Below are positions 42,333-43,031 of a stretch of DNA of 43,031 nt, piece after piece. The notes below the pieces were generated by a model that saw nothing but the letters and a program-made list of their open reading frames with translations, ran no database searches and was not told the origin of the DNA. Position 1 is the first letter of the stretch. Each line of letters starts with the position of its first letter. The translations under genes were made by a program, and so were the position numbers. Source of the stretch: an uncultured bacterium (lineage in GTDB: Bacteria; Patescibacteriota; Minisyncoccia; Phycocordibacterales; UBA9973); the NCBI GenBank assembly GCA_903895055.1, contig CAITSL010000035.1, forward strand, positions 1-43,031. The letters are read 5' to 3'.

Positions 42333-42803
42333 ATGCAAAATAAAAAAACAATTTGGTTAGTAGTAGGATTTGTAGTGGTAGCACTTATTTTCTTTTATGC
42401 CGGCGATATGTATGCTAGCGCAAAAAGTAAAGCACAGCCTGCGCAAGATGCTAATGGTTTTACAATGCGGAATGTAATTGGAAATGGCGTCCAGAGAGGT
42501 ATGAGAACGGGAGGCGGAAATGTTTTCGGACAAATCGTTGCAAAAGATGCTAATAGCATTACCGTAGAGTTAAGTGCTCCGGGTGGTCCAAATGCAAATG
42601 GGACAGCTTCTACGGGGACTGGTTCAAAAATAGTTTTTTACACCGGTCAAACAGCGATATCGAAGATGGCAACTGGGTCAAGTAGCGACTTAGCAGTAGG
42701 CACAGAGGTAACCGTGCAAGGCACAGCCAACCCTGATGGCAGTGTTAGTGCGCAAACTATTTCAATCAGACCAACCCTTCCTATCTCGCCCACAAAACAA
42801 TAG
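42333..42803 (+). CDS. membrane-anchored small beta-domain protein (DUF5666-like; paralogue of 38253-38732)
   Basis: An N-terminal TM helix is followed by VFGQIVAKDANSITVEL...SSDLAVGTEVTVQGTANPDGSVSAQTISIRP. Confidence 0.5.
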   Translation: MQNKKTIWLVVGFVVVALIFFYAGDMYASAKSKAQPAQDANGFTMRNVIGNGVQRGMRTGGGNVFGQIVAKDANSITVELSAPGGPNANGTASTGTGSKIVFYTGQTAISKMATGSSSDLAVGTEVTVQGTANPDGSVSAQTISIRPTLPISPTKQ

Positions 42804-42823
42804 AAGTGTGCTAGAGTAAGCCA

Positions 42824-43031
42824 ATGGATATATTCCCAATGCGCATTAATAAATACTTGGCTCATCAGAAAATTGCCACTCGAGACGGAGCGGATGCTCT
42901 TGTTTCCAAAGGCGATGTTTTTATCAACGGCAAACGCGCGGTGCTTGGTAGTAAGGTGCAGGAAGGCGACAAAGTCGAAGTACGTGGGAATAAAAATAAA
43001 AAAGTTTATAGATATTTCGCATACCATAAAC
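42824..43031 (+). CDS. RsuA/RluB-type pseudouridine synthase, N-terminal S4 domain only (runs off the right edge)
   Basis: MRINKYLAHQKIATRDGADALVSKGDVFINGKRA is the S4 RNA-binding start typical of RsuA/RluB. The true start may be the second ATG at 42839. Confidence 0.7.
   Translation, partial: MDIFPMRINKYLAHQKIATRDGADALVSKGDVFINGKRAVLGSKVQEGDKVEVRGNKNKKVYRYFAYHK

Noticed and set aside
1-43031. An alternative genetic code (UGA recoding as in Gracilibacteria/Absconditabacteria), CRISPR arrays, integrases, transposases or a prophage.
   Set aside because: All conserved genes are full length under the standard code, and TGA is used as a real stop (for example the LAGLIDADG gene at 19454-19456). 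I found no array of regularly spaced repeats, and no recombinase, transposase or phage structural gene in any frame of the ORF track.

Overview
This is an AT-rich, tightly packed bacterial chromosome segment read with the standard code (TGA, TAA and TAG all act as stops). It has many 4-23 bp gene overlaps. By gene content and style it looks like a Patescibacteria/CPR (Parcubacteria-like) genome; that placement is inference only. All calls come from reading motifs in the supplied translations and the DNA; no searches were run.

I call 54 protein genes and 6 tRNAs (His-GTG, Leu-GAG, Arg-TCT, Val-TAC, Ser-TGA, Arg-GCG).

Gene content, left to right:
- thyA end, folA, a P-loop kinase, dCMP deaminase, a CofE-like ligase and yhhQ
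- rplK-nusG-secE, with no rplA following
- a SIMPL protein, an FKBP isomerase, murB, an Nramp transporter and an aminotransferase
- a metallophosphoesterase and a PIF1-like helicase
- a membrane protein, then Fic directly behind tRNA-His
- a MarR/HlyD/HlyD/MFS efflux operon
- a PduO-type adenosyltransferase and maf
- tRNA-Leu abutted by a free-standing LAGLIDADG endonuclease
- rplS, kbl, a GlmU-like beta-helix protein and glmS
- a large Cys-rich zinc-ribbon protein, split at a T7 run
- an RluA-family synthase, then tRNA-Arg and tRNA-Val
- pilMNO, a CsaA-like tRNA-binding protein and ruvX
- a plus-strand block led by an ECF sigma factor: DedA, a GT4 glycosyltransferase, two serine-hydrolase-like proteins, a sphingomyelin-synthase-like PAP2_C protein, small membrane proteins and a MacAB-like efflux pump

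No CRISPR array, integrase, transposase or prophage is visible.

Most interesting observations:
1. A roughly 567-aa Cys-rich protein is interrupted exactly at a correctly phased U UUU UUU -1 slippery heptamer.
2. Short GC-rich palindromic elements sit in-frame inside conserved housekeeping genes, comparable to the Rickettsia palindromic elements.
3. A possible lipid/envelope remodelling cassette is linked to the ECF sigma factor and includes an SMS-like head-group transferase.
4. A -10 box lies 6-7 nt upstream of the ATG at several operon-first genes, and Shine-Dalgarno motifs are essentially absent, which suggests leaderless initiation.
5. A membrane-fusion adaptor appears to be split across two genes.
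6. One tRNA-Arg carries a GCG anticodon.
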